In this document: piece by piece, positions 1 to 9,469 of the stretch
Layout of the letters: every line of letters begins with the position of its first letter
How positions within the stretch are numbered: position 1 is the first letter of the stretch
Assembly (NCBI GenBank): GCA_035295465.1
Contig: DATGIZ010000042.1
Coordinates: forward strand, 91,614 to 155,613
DNA length: 64,000 bases
Direction: 5' to 3'
Source of the DNA: Candidatus Binatia bacterium
GTDB lineage: Bacteria; Desulfobacterota; Binatia; DP-6
Notes under the pieces: model-generated
Database searches by the model: none
Told to the model about the DNA's origin: nothing
The model's input: only the letters and a program-made list of their open reading frames with translations
Translations under genes and position numbers: made by a program

Positions 1-749
1 ACGCCGTCGACGACTTCGTCATGCGCCAGCGCGTCGAGCGCGCGGTGCGTGACCCCGCCTCGCCGATCCGCGGCCGCGAGGCGGGCGACGTCCTCGCCGC
101 GCTCGGCGCCCGGCGCGGACCCGAGCGCGCCCTCGACTTCATGCTGCGCGGCGGGCCGTACGGCGACGGCTTCGGCGCCCGGCCCGGCGGGCTCACGCTC
201 GCCGTGCTCGAGGCGCATCCGCACGGCATCGACCTGGGCCCGCTCGAGCCGCGCATCCCCGAGGTGCTGCGCACCCCCTCGGGGACGATCGAGCTCGCCC
301 CCGAGCCGCTGGTCGCCGACGTGGCGCGGCTGCACGCGGCGCTCGACCGCGCAGCGGGCGCGATGGTCCTCGTGGGACGCCGCGAGCTGCGCTCGAACAA
401 CTCGTGGATGCACAACCTGCCGGTTTTGATGAAGGGGCGGGCCCGCTGCACGCTGCACCTTCACCCCGGCGACGCGGCCCGCCTCGGGCTCGCCGACGGC
501 GCCGTCGCCCGCGTGCGCTCGCGCGTGGGCGCGGTCGAGATCCCCGTCGAGCTGACCGACGCCGTCATGCCGGGCGTCGTGAGCATCCCGCACGGCTGGG
601 GGCACGACGTTCCCGGTGTCCACCTCGGGGTGGCCACCCGCCGGCCGGGCGTGAACACGAACCTCCTCGCCGACGAGCTGGCGCTCGACCCGCTCTCCGG
701 CGACGCCGTGCTGTGCGGCATCCCGGTCACCGTCGAGCCGGCGGGCTGA
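1..749 (+). CDS. Molybdopterin oxidoreductase, C-terminal fragment; the N-terminus lies upstream of the window.
   Basis: The translation ends with motifs typical of the molybdopterin-dinucleotide-binding barrel: ...SNNSWMHNLPVLMKG...ARLGLADGAVARV...VELTDAVMPGVVSIPHGWGH. The frame is open from base 1 and the stop is at 747-749. Confidence 0.65.
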   Translation, partial: AVDDFVMRQRVERAVRDPASPIRGREAGDVLAALGARRGPERALDFMLRGGPYGDGFGARPGGLTLAVLEAHPHGIDLGPLEPRIPEVLRTPSGTIELAPEPLVADVARLHAALDRAAGAMVLVGRRELRSNNSWMHNLPVLMKGRARCTLHLHPGDAARLGLADGAVARVRSRVGAVEIPVELTDAVMPGVVSIPHGWGHDVPGVHLGVATRRPGVNTNLLADELALDPLSGDAVLCGIPVTVEPAG

Positions 750-759
750 AAGAGCGGCC

Positions 760-2922
760 TTGCCACGCGACGTCGAGCCGAAGGCCTCCGAGGCCGACCT
801 GCGGCACGCTCCGCCCCTCGCTCAGGTGCGCGTGGCCGAGCGCGCGACTGGCCTCGCCGCGGCGTACGCGGGCTTCCTGCTGCACGAGCTGGGCGCCGAG
901 GTCGTGCGCTCCGGCGCGCGGCCGCGGCATCCCGTGCTCGACCGCGGCAAGGCCGACGGTGCGCCCGCCGCGGCCGACGTGTCCCTCGCCGACGAGGACG
1001 CGCCCGGCCCCTCCGCCACCGTGTCGTGCCGCGTGCGCGCCTGGGGCGCCCGTGGCCCGCGCGCGGCGCTGCCCCCCGACCACGCGCTGCTCGCCGCGGC
1101 GACGGGGCTGGCGGCGACGCAGTGGTCGTGGAGCGGGCGGCCCGTGTGGCTGGTGACGCCGATGATCGACTACATGACGGGGATCCTGGCGGCGCTCGGC
1201 ACCGTGGCCGCGCTCTTCGCCTGGAGGCGCGGCGCGCCCGGCCAGGCGGTCGAGGTGACGGGGCTCGCCGGCGCCCTCGCGCTCGCGAGCGGCACCTACG
1301 TGACCGGGCCGAACCACGAGGGCACGTTGCTCGCGGGCGGCGAGCCGCGCGGCCTCTACCCGACCTACGGCCTCTACCGCGCGGCCGACGGCTGGCTGCT
1401 CGTGGGCGCGCTCACCCAGGCGTTCTGGGTGAAGCTCATGACGGTGCTCGGCCGCGTCGATCTCCTCGCGCACCCGCGCCTCCAGGCGAACCCGCTCACC
1501 TTCGGCCACCCCGAGCTGCGCGCGCTGGTGCGCGGCGAGCTCGAGCCGATCTTCGCCGCGCGCCCGGTGCGCGAGTGGGAGGTCGTGCTGCGCGCGGCCG
1601 ACATCCCCTGCGGCGTCGTGGCCACGCGCGCGCAGGCGCTCGAGGACCCCGGCGCGCGCGCGCTCGGCCTCGTCGTGCGGGTCGACGATCCCGCGCTCGG
1701 GCTCACCTGGCAGCCGGCGGGGCCGGCGGCGTTCTCGGCGACGCCGCTCGCCGCGCCGGGCACCGAGCCCGTCCACTGGCGTGCGCCCGCGCCGGCCACG
1801 GCGGCCACGCCGCCGCGCACGTGCCTCGCGGGCATCCGCGTGCTCGACGTGACCAGCTTCATCGCCGGCCCGTTCTGCCCGATGCTGCTCGCCGACCTCG
1901 GCGCCGACGTGATCAAGGTCGAGGGTCCCGAGGGGGACCCGTTCCGCATGACCGCCTTCGGATTCGTCGGCTGGAACCGTGGCAAGCGCTCGATCGTCCT
2001 CGACCTGCGGCGGCCGGCCGGGCGCACGGCCTTTCTCGACCTCGCACGCACGGCCGATGTCGTGGTCGACAACCTGCGTGCGGGCGCGCTCGAGCGGCTC
2101 GGCGTCGGCTGGGAGGCGCTCAGCGCCGCGAACCCGCGCCTCGTGCACACCTCGATCACGGGCTTCGGTCTCGCGGGTCCGCTCGCCGCGCTGCCCGGCT
2201 TCGATCCGGTGCTCCAGGCGCGCTGCGGCCTCATGGCGGCCCAGGGCGGGACGGACGAGCCCGTCTTCCACACCGTCCCCTACAACGACTACTGCGCCGG
2301 CGCGCTCGCGGCGCTCGCCACGATCGCGGCGCTGCTCGTGCGCGAGCGCACCGGGCGAGGGCAGCGCGTCGACGTGAGCCTGTTTCGCACGGCGCTGGTC
2401 GCGCAGGCGGCAGCGGTGCTCGGAACCCCGGCGGAGGCGGGGGGGCGCGACTATCTCGGCCCGGCGGCCGCCCGCCGCCTCTACCGTTGCGCCGACGGCT
2501 GGCTCTGCGTGGCGGCGGGCACGGCGGCCGAGGCGGCCGCGCTCGGGCGCCTCGCGGGCGTCGGGCTCGGCGGCGCCGAGGGTGCCGAATCCGCCGCCGC
2601 GGCGGCGGTCGCGCGGTGGCTCGGGGACCGGACGCGCGCGCAGGCGCTCGCGCACCTCGCCGCCGCAGGCGTTCCCGCCGCGCCGTGCCTCGACGTCGCG
2701 GAGGTGTTCGCCGATCCCCACCTCGCGGCGAACGGGGGCTTCGTCACGCTCGCCGACCCGGTGCTGGGCCCGGTCACGCTCGGCGGCCCGCTCATCGGCT
2801 TCTCCGCCACCCCGATCGCCTACCGCGGCTCGGCGCCGCCGCTGGGCGCGCACGGGGCCGAGGTCCTGCGCGGGATCGGCTACCCGCCCGAGCGCGTCGC
2901 AGCGGCGCTGGGGCGCGAATGA
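760..2922 (+). CDS. Family III (CaiB/BaiF-type) CoA-transferase, a fusion of two tandem domains (about 720 aa).
   Basis: There are two copies of the family-III N-terminal signature: LAQVRVAERATGLAAAYAGFLLHELGAEVVR and LAGIRVLDVTSFIAGPFCPMLLADLGADVIKVEGPEGDPFR. GC3 is high. The start is uncertain: TTG at 760, and the next in-frame GTG is at 826. Confidence 0.75.
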   Translation: MPRDVEPKASEADLRHAPPLAQVRVAERATGLAAAYAGFLLHELGAEVVRSGARPRHPVLDRGKADGAPAAADVSLADEDAPGPSATVSCRVRAWGARGPRAALPPDHALLAAATGLAATQWSWSGRPVWLVTPMIDYMTGILAALGTVAALFAWRRGAPGQAVEVTGLAGALALASGTYVTGPNHEGTLLAGGEPRGLYPTYGLYRAADGWLLVGALTQAFWVKLMTVLGRVDLLAHPRLQANPLTFGHPELRALVRGELEPIFAARPVREWEVVLRAADIPCGVVATRAQALEDPGARALGLVVRVDDPALGLTWQPAGPAAFSATPLAAPGTEPVHWRAPAPATAATPPRTCLAGIRVLDVTSFIAGPFCPMLLADLGADVIKVEGPEGDPFRMTAFGFVGWNRGKRSIVLDLRRPAGRTAFLDLARTADVVVDNLRAGALERLGVGWEALSAANPRLVHTSITGFGLAGPLAALPGFDPVLQARCGLMAAQGGTDEPVFHTVPYNDYCAGALAALATIAALLVRERTGRGQRVDVSLFRTALVAQAAAVLGTPAEAGGRDYLGPAAARRLYRCADGWLCVAAGTAAEAAALGRLAGVGLGGAEGAESAAAAAVARWLGDRTRAQALAHLAAAGVPAAPCLDVAEVFADPHLAANGGFVTLADPVLGPVTLGGPLIGFSATPIAYRGSAPPLGAHGAEVLRGIGYPPERVAAALGRE

Positions 2923-3734
2923 GGGCCGTGCGGCCCGACGTCGCGCTGGCGGCGACGCTGCACGATCCGACCGGCGCCCTCGCGGGCGAGGTGTGCCGCC
3001 TCCTCCCCCGCCTCTGCGCGCTCTACGCGCGGGTCGCGGTGGCGACGAGCCCGCCCACCGCGCCGCGGCTGCGCACGCTGCTGGCGCGCGCGGGCGCATA
3101 CGCGGGCACGCCCGCGCAGAACACCCGCGGGCCGCTCTACCGCCTCGCGCTGCGTCGCGCCCTCGCCCGCGGCGTGCCGCGGGTGCACTACGTCGATTTC
3201 GACCGCGCGCTCCATTGGCTGCGGCGCGCCCCGCGCGAGCTCGAGGCGGTGCTGCGGGCGGCGCGCCGCCGCCCGGTGCTCCTGCTCGGGCGCACGCCGG
3301 CCGCGCACCGCTCGCACCAGCGCCCGCTCTACGCCACCGAGACGGTCGTCAACCGGCTGCTCGCGGGACGGGCGGGGCTCGCTGGGCGCGTGGACCTCCT
3401 GGTGCCGGCGTTCGTGCTCGACGCCGCGCACGTGCGCACACTGCTCGCGCGCTCACGCGCGCGCGACGCGGCCATCTACGGCGAGTGGGCGGCGCTGCTG
3501 CTCGGCCTCGAGCCCGAGATGGCCTACCTCGAGTGCCGGGGCCTCGACTGGGAGACGCCCGACCGCGACCGCCGCCGCAGCGCGGCCGCCTGGCGGCGGC
3601 GGCTCGACACGCCGGCCGAGTGGCGCCTACGCACGGCGTTGGCAGCTGAGTTCGTGCGCGGTTTCTCCCGCGCGCTCGCGCGCCGGCCGCTCGCGCCGCC
3701 GCGGCTCGTGCGGCTGCCGCAGCGCGCGTCGTGA
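2919..3734 (+). CDS. Hypothetical protein of about 271 aa, translationally coupled to the CoA-transferase.
   Basis: Its ATG at 2919 overlaps the upstream stop (ATGA). Third-codon-position GC is consistently high. I recognise no confident family. Confidence 0.5.
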   Translation: MRAVRPDVALAATLHDPTGALAGEVCRLLPRLCALYARVAVATSPPTAPRLRTLLARAGAYAGTPAQNTRGPLYRLALRRALARGVPRVHYVDFDRALHWLRRAPRELEAVLRAARRRPVLLLGRTPAAHRSHQRPLYATETVVNRLLAGRAGLAGRVDLLVPAFVLDAAHVRTLLARSRARDAAIYGEWAALLLGLEPEMAYLECRGLDWETPDRDRRRSAAAWRRRLDTPAEWRLRTALAAEFVRGFSRALARRPLAPPRLVRLPQRAS

Positions 3735-3767
3735 CCACGCGCATCCACTACGGCTGGTGGTCGCGAG

Positions 3768-3788
3768 GGGCGGCCCGCCGGGCCGCGG
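3768..3788. terminator. GC-rich perfect inverted repeat (GCGGCCCG / CGGGCCGC) between convergent genes; candidate bidirectional terminator.
   Basis: The palindrome is seen directly in the 60-nt spacer between the stop at 3734 (+) and the stop at 3794 (-). There is no U-tract, as expected at this GC. Confidence 0.3.
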
Positions 3789-3793
3789 ACACG

Positions 3794-6700
3794 CTACGCC
3801 CCGGCCGCGGCGATCTGCGCGAGGAGCGCGTCGGCCGCGGCCTCGACGGGCCCGAGCGGCACGCCGAGCCTGCCCTTGCCCGCGGCGCTCTCGGCCGCCG
3901 CGAGGAGCTGCTGCGCCAGCTTCCCGGCCTTGGTGTAGCGCTTGCGGCGCTTGCGTGCGGGCGCCGCCGCGGCCCGCTTGAGGGCTTGGCCGAGCTTGCG
4001 GTAGCGGCGCGCGAGGTTCCGCGCGATCCGCCGCGCCTTGCGGCTCGCGGCGCCCTTCGGCGGGGGCAGCGCCGCGCCGAGCGCCGTGTAGCAGGTCTCG
4101 ATCGAGTTGCAGAGCTGCGGCAGCGTCGTCGTGGTCGTGGGGAGCGTGGCGAAGTACGGAACCACCACGTCGACCGCGACGCCGCCGAGGAGCTGGCTGC
4201 CCGCCCAGCCCTCGACGGCCACCTTCGGGTTGCTGCCCTGGGGCACCGGCGAGCCGGCGACGACGGTCACCGTCACCGGCATCTGCGCGCCGGGGGCGAG
4301 CGTCGCCTGCGCGGGGCTCACCTCGACGGCCCAGTCCGCGGGCAGGTCGACGCGCCGCGCGCGGACGTCGATCGCGGTCGTCGTGGCGAGCGGGTTCCCG
4401 AGCTGGACCGTCGTCATGGCGTCGTGGAGATGGATCATCGAGTCCGCCGGGGCCGCGGCCACCGGGCGCGCGCTTCCGGCCACCCCGCCCACGGCGGGCG
4501 GCGGCGTGAACGTGTCCGGGTGCGTGAAGGCGTCGCCGAGGCCGAGGAACGCGTCGCGCACCTGCTGGAGCTTGAGGACGAGGTCGCCGGCGAGGGCGTC
4601 CGGATCGGCGGCGATGGTCTCCTGCCGCACCGCCTCGATGTCGGCATCGTCGAGGCCGACGGCGTGGAAGGTGGCGATCTGGTCGCTGCTGAAGCCCGCC
4701 GCCACCTGCTGCTGGATCGCGACCACGTCGTCCCGCGATATCGGCGCCGAGGTGTCCCCCTCGCTCGCCGCCACGGCGAGGAGGTCGTCGATCTTCCCCG
4801 CCGCGGCGGCGAGCGCGTCCCCCATGTGCTGCTTGTACTCGAGAAGCGCCGCCGACTGGAGCGACGCCCACTGGAGATCGTGCGCGTCCGACGCGCCGCC
4901 GTAGCGGTCGAAGGCCGTGACCGCGGCGCTCCCCTGCGCGTTCACCTCGGCCATCGCGTCGTGCAGCGCGGTGAGCGCCGCCGCCCGGGCCGCGGAGAGG
5001 TTGGGACCGGGCTGGACGGGGGGAAGCGTGAGCTTCTGGGGCGCGTCGAGCTGCTGGTAGTCCTGCCGCGGGGGATCGGGGTTGAGGTTGCCGCTGATCT
5101 TCTCGGCGGCGCTCAGGTTCGCCAGGAGGCCCTGGTCCACCATCGCGCCGTGCAGCTTCGTCGGCGCCCCGGGGACCTTGCTGACCACCTTGAGCGCGTT
5201 GCGCGTCTTGTCGAGGCGGCCCCTGCCGTCGGTCGAGGACTCCGGACCCTGCTGCGTGTTGTCGTTGTGGTCCTGCTTGTTGGGCGTCTGCGGCTTCACC
5301 TGGCGGGACCGCGCGGCCACCGCCGGGCCGACGGCCGTGACGTCGTAGCTCACGCGGAAGCAGTAGTGGCCCGACACGGCAGGCACCCACGGCGCGTGGA
5401 GCGTGACGCTGCCCCCGGCGGCGATCACCTGCCCGGGGAAGTCGGCGATCGGTCCGAACGCGAGGCCGATGGCGGACTGGACGAATCCGAACGACACGTC
5501 GACGGTGATCGGCTGCGGCAGCGGGTTGACGAGCGTCGCGTTGATGGTCTCGGGGACGCCGGTCACGATGGGTCGCGGGGTCACCGTGATCTGGTTGCTG
5601 AAATAGGGCGCGGGCGAGTCCGGGAAGAGGTCGGTGATCGAGAGGGGCGTCGTGAACGTGACCTCGGCGGTGGGCGAGAGCGCCGCCTCGCAGGCGGTGG
5701 TGGCGAGCAGCGACGCGCGCACCGTGGCGTCGCCCGCGCTCGACGAGGTGAGGTAGGCGAGCGTCTTCCCGTCGGCGTCGGTGATCCCCCCGTCGACGGG
5801 GGTGCCGAGCGTCGAGGCGAGCTCGACCGTTCGCCCCGGGATCGGCGCGCCGTTGCCGTCGCGCAGCGTGACGTCGAAGTAGACGCGGGTCACGCCGTCG
5901 GCGGGCGCGAACCAGCGCCGGGGCGTGAGCGTCAGCGTCGGCGCCGCGGTGAGCGGCACGGGCGCGGTGACGTTCGGGTCGGCGAGCACCGGGCGGAAGA
6001 GCACGCCGTCGGTCACCCGGTCGCCGCCGCCGGTGCTGCAGCCCGGGACGTCGGAAGCGGGCCCGCTCGGGTCGCCCCACCAGTCGTTGCTCGCCAGCAC
6101 GGCGCGCGTGGGCTGCTTGTTCTCGACGCCGTAGCGCGAGTGGCCGACGATCTGGCCGTTGGTCACCGACACGCTCGCGTTGCTGTCGACGAGCACCCCG
6201 TCGAGCCGCCCGTTGCGGATGATGGTGTGGTTGGCGACCACTTGCCCGCCCATCACCTCGATGTTCGCCCCGGCGATGTCCCCGCCGCCGTTCTCGACCG
6301 TGACGTACTCGAGCTGCACGACGGCCGTGCCGCCCCCGCCGACGGCGAGGATGCCGTTCCACGCCCCCGGCGCCGACGTCTGCCCGGTGAACAGGATCGG
6401 CGCGCCGGCCGTGCCGAGGGCGTGCAGGGCGCCACCGATGGCGAACCCCGTGTTCGCATGGAAGTCGAGCTCGCTGCCGGGGTCGATCGTGAGCGTGTCG
6501 CCGCTTGTGTTCACGACCGGCGTGTCCACCGTGTAGGGGATGCCCGGCGCCATCCACCGCCGCTGGCCGTGCACCGTCGTGTTGACGCCGATGACGTGCA
6601 CGGCGTCGAGGCCGTTGCCGCTGGCGGTGAGCCCGCTGAGCGGCAGGTCTCCCGGCGGCTCGACCAGCCGCAGCGCATCGAGCCCGTTGCCGACGAAGGC

Positions 6701-7208
6701 CGTGGCCTCCACGTCGAGGCTCGCGTTCGTCGTGGCGTAGATGCCGCTGCCCGCGCCGTTGCGCACCACGGCGTTCGCCAGCGTGAGGGTGCCCCGATCG
6801 ACCGAGAGCACGGCCCCGAACGAGCCGTTGACCCCGCCGTACTCGATCGTGACGTACTTGAGCGTCGCGGCCGCCGGCGTTCCCGACGCGCTGATCGAAA
6901 GCCCACCCCACGACCCGGCCGAGGCCGTGGCTCCCGTGAACGTGATCGGCTGGTCGCTCGTGCCCGCGGCGAGGAGCGTGCCCTGCACGGCGAGGGTGTC
7001 GCCGACGCCCTGCGCGAACTGCACGACGACGCCCGGCTGGACGGTGAGCGTGGAGCCCGTGGGCACGACGGCGCCGGTCGCGCACACGACGTAGGGGTTC
7101 CCTGCCGGCGACCAGGTGCCGCCGGCGATCGTGCCGCAGATGGACGTGGACGCGAGACTGGGCAGTGGGCCGGCCGCCACGGCGAGCGCGGCGCCGGCGA
7201 GCGAGACG
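3794..7208 (-). CDS. Large secreted adhesin-like protein (about 1138 aa) with parallel beta-helix repeats, a bacterial Ig-like segment and a basic C-terminal tail.
   Basis: The signal peptide is MRRVVSLAGAALAVAAGPLPSLAS. Repeated beta-helix-like units recur (NG..DG..V.., GNGLDAV, NGRLDGVLV). A Big/invasin-like block follows (TLTPRRWFAPADGVTRVYFDVTLRDGNGAPIPGRTVEL...). The tail is Lys/Arg-rich (KARRIARNLARRYRKLG...KRRKRYTKAGK). A GGGGGAG ribosome-binding site precedes the ATG at 7208; the 1260-aa track ORF begins upstream with non-protein-like sequence. Confidence 0.7.
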
Positions 7209-7307
7209 ACACGACGCATGGATCTCCCCCGTGCCCGGCTGGGCCGGGCGATCGATGATGGGGAGGCGTTTAGTCGCTGGCGGCTGGCGTGTAAAGGTCC
7301 GCGACGG

Positions 7308-8651
7308 TCAGCGCGCCGGCCCGGGTCCGCCGCCGCGACGGCCCCGGCGCCGGCGCCGTCGCGGCGGCGCGCCTCCGGCCTCGGCGCGGGGCGCGGGGTG
7401 CCGGTGCGCGTCCGGGCGGCGGTGCGGCTCGCGCGGCGGGTGCTGCACGTGGGCCAGCATGTGATCGTCGGCGATCTCGAAGGGCAGCTTGAAGCCGATG
7501 TAGCGCTCGATCGCCTCGAGCCCCTCGACGTACTCCTCGCAGGCGAGGCTGATCGCCTTGCCCGATGCGCCGGCACGTGCCGTGCGGCCTGCGCGGTGCA
7601 CGTAGTCCTCGGGATCGAGCGGGAGGTCGTAGTTGACGACGTGGGTGACCCCCTCGATGTGGAGGCCGCGGGAGGCGACGTCGGTGGCGACCAGGATCGG
7701 GAGTCGGCCCTCCTTGAAGTCGGCGAGCACGCGCAGGCGCTGGCGCTGATCCACGTCGCCGGTGATGGCGGCGGCGGCGAAGCCGTTGGCCTTGAGGTAG
7801 CGCTCGAGGCGCTCGGCGGCCCGCTTCATGTTGACGAAGACGAGCACCCGCGCACCCGGCTCGCCGCGCAGGATGCCGAGCAGCAGCGCGAGCTTCTCGT
7901 GCCGGCCCACGTGATAGACGAGGTGCTCGATGTTCTCGGCGGTCACCTGCTCGGGCGTGGCCGACACCTTCACCGCGTCGTTCATGAAGAGATAGGCGAG
8001 CTCCATCACGTCGTAGCTGAGCGTCGCCGAGAAGAGCATGGACTGGCGGCGCTCGAAGGGCGGGAGCCGCCGCAGCAGGAAGCGCAGGTCCTTGATGAAG
8101 CCCATGTCGAACATGCGGTCGGCCTCGTCGATCACCAGGATCTCGACGTGGCGCAGGTCGTAGACGCGCTGCTTCCAGTAGTCGATGAGCCGCCCCGGCG
8201 TGCCGATGAGCAGGTCGACGCCCGCCTCGAGCGCCGCGCGCTGCTTGCGGTAGTCGATGCCGCCGAACACGGCGTGGACGCGCAGCGCCGTCGCCTGGCC
8301 GAGCGTCCGGGCGTCGTCGGCGATCTGCGCGACCAGCTCGCGCGTGGGCGCGATCACCAGCGCCCGCGGCGCCGCCCCGCTCTCCGCCGGACGCGCCCGC
8401 GTGAGCAGACGGGTGAAGATCGTGATCAAGAACGCGGCGGTCTTGCCGGTGCCGGTCTGCGCCTGCCCGGCGACGTCGCGGCCGGCGAGCGCGAGCGGCA
8501 GCACCTTGTCCTGGATCGGCGTGCAGCGCGTGAACCCCGCCGCGCGGATGCCCGCGCGCACGGCCTCGGGCAGCGTGAAGGCGTCGAAGGGGCGGCCCTC
8601 GGTCGCGCCCGATGCCGCCGCGGCGGCGGGCGCGCGGTCGATGGTCGTCAC
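7308..8651 (-). CDS. DEAD-box ATP-dependent RNA helicase (RhlE-like) with an Arg-rich C-terminal tail.
   Basis: It carries the Q-motif (FTLPEAVRAGIRAAGFTRCTPIQ), Walker A (AQTGTGKTAAF), DEAD (VIDEADRMFDMGF), SAT and HRAGRTARAG motifs. The tail is ...RRRRRGRRGGG. The chosen start is the GTG at 8651 (VTTIDRAP...); the upstream 95 residues of the track ORF look non-coding. Confidence 0.85.
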   Translation of the reverse strand: MTTIDRAPAAAAASGATEGRPFDAFTLPEAVRAGIRAAGFTRCTPIQDKVLPLALAGRDVAGQAQTGTGKTAAFLITIFTRLLTRARPAESGAAPRALVIAPTRELVAQIADDARTLGQATALRVHAVFGGIDYRKQRAALEAGVDLLIGTPGRLIDYWKQRVYDLRHVEILVIDEADRMFDMGFIKDLRFLLRRLPPFERRQSMLFSATLSYDVMELAYLFMNDAVKVSATPEQVTAENIEHLVYHVGRHEKLALLLGILRGEPGARVLVFVNMKRAAERLERYLKANGFAAAAITGDVDQRQRLRVLADFKEGRLPILVATDVASRGLHIEGVTHVVNYDLPLDPEDYVHRAGRTARAGASGKAISLACEEYVEGLEAIERYIGFKLPFEIADDHMLAHVQHPPREPHRRPDAHRHPAPRAEAGGAPPRRRRRRGRRGGGPGPAR

Positions 8652-8738
8652 GCTGCCGACATGCCGGCCGGCGCCGGCGCCTGTCAAGCGCCCGGCCGGC
8701 TTGACGCTCGCGGGCGACGCGTGTGAGAAGCGGGGACG

Positions 8739-8990
8739 ATGGCGGAAGTCGAGCGACCGGAGCAGGTGCGGATCATGCTCGGCTTCGTCGTGCGCCGGTG
8801 TGCGGTGGCGCTCGGCCACCCGCCGGACCCGGGCGAGCTGGCCGACTGGGCCAACAACCAGCGGGATCTCCACGGCCGCTATCGCATCTTCGGCCGGCCG
8901 ATCACGGCCGACGAGGCGCGGGTCATCCTGCGCCACCCGGGGCGCCTGGTGACGGTGCGATCGGGGCCGCGATGGGGGCTGGCGAGCTAG
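8739..8990 (+). CDS. Small hypothetical protein (83 aa).
   Basis: It starts at ATG 8739 and has very high GC3 and a varied amino-acid composition (MAEVERPEQVRIMLGFVVRRCAVALGHPPDPGELADWANNQRDLHGRYRIFGRPITADEARVILRHPGRLVTVRSGPRWGLAS). No family is recognised. Confidence 0.4.
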   Translation: MAEVERPEQVRIMLGFVVRRCAVALGHPPDPGELADWANNQRDLHGRYRIFGRPITADEARVILRHPGRLVTVRSGPRWGLAS

Positions 8991-9469
8991 ACGGCGAGCG
9001 CCGCCTTCCGGTGCTCACCGGGCGAGCCTGGACGTTCGCCGACGCGCTCGCCGCGGCCGACATCCTGCCGCTGCGCTGCGCCGCGCTCGCCGCCGCCGAG
9101 GCGGCCGGCCACCTCTTCGCGGACCTCGACGCCGGGCTCGCCGCCGCGGTGCGTCCGGGCGACGTGTTGGTCGCCGGTGCCGAGCTCGGTCGCGGCCCAG
9201 GCGGCGCGGCGGCGGCGGCGGCGCTGCGCGCGGCCGGCGTGATCGCCGTCGTCGCCCGCAGCTTCGCCGGCGATTTCGCCGCCGCCGCGCTCGCGGCGGG
9301 CCTCCCGCCGCTCGAGGTCGACGCCCCCAGCGTCTTCCACACCGGGCAGCGGCTGCGCATCAACCTCGAGGCCGGGACGATCGCCAACCTCTCGAGCGGC
9401 GACCGCCAGCCCGTGCGCAACCTCACCGACGCGCTGCTGGCGCGCCTGCGGGCCCTGATCGGGCGGTGA
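8972..9469 (+). CDS. LeuD-like (3-isopropylmalate dehydratase small subunit / aconitase swivel domain) protein with a degenerate, alanine-substituted active site.
   Basis: It aligns to the LeuD pattern: GRAWTFADALAAADILP (cf. GrvwkfGDniDTDqIiP), VRPGDVLVAGAELGRGPGGAAAAAAL (cf. GDilVaGkNFGCGSSREHApwAL) and AVVARSFAGDFAAAALAAGL (cf. AVIAeSFARIFfRNAiNiGL). The conserved GCGSSREHA and FARIF residues are replaced by Ala/Gly. No leuC partner is nearby. Confidence 0.5.
   Translation: MGAGELDGERRLPVLTGRAWTFADALAAADILPLRCAALAAAEAAGHLFADLDAGLAAAVRPGDVLVAGAELGRGPGGAAAAAALRAAGVIAVVARSFAGDFAAAALAAGLPPLEVDAPSVFHTGQRLRINLEAGTIANLSSGDRQPVRNLTDALLARLRALIGR

Noticed and set aside
727-3734. Very long ORFs antisense or offset to the CoA-transferase genes (727..3099 minus, 790 aa; 1026..3734 plus, 902 aa).
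   Set aside because: The translations are Arg/Ala/Gly/Pro-dominated low-complexity sequence typical of shadow frames in GC-rich DNA. The sense frame carries clear CaiB/BaiF motifs.
3627-7258. ORFs of 1152 aa and 1175 aa overlapping the adhesin gene in other frames or on the other strand.
   Set aside because: They are R/G/E/H-rich shadow ORFs with no motifs. The minus-strand frame with the signal peptide and beta-helix repeats explains the region.
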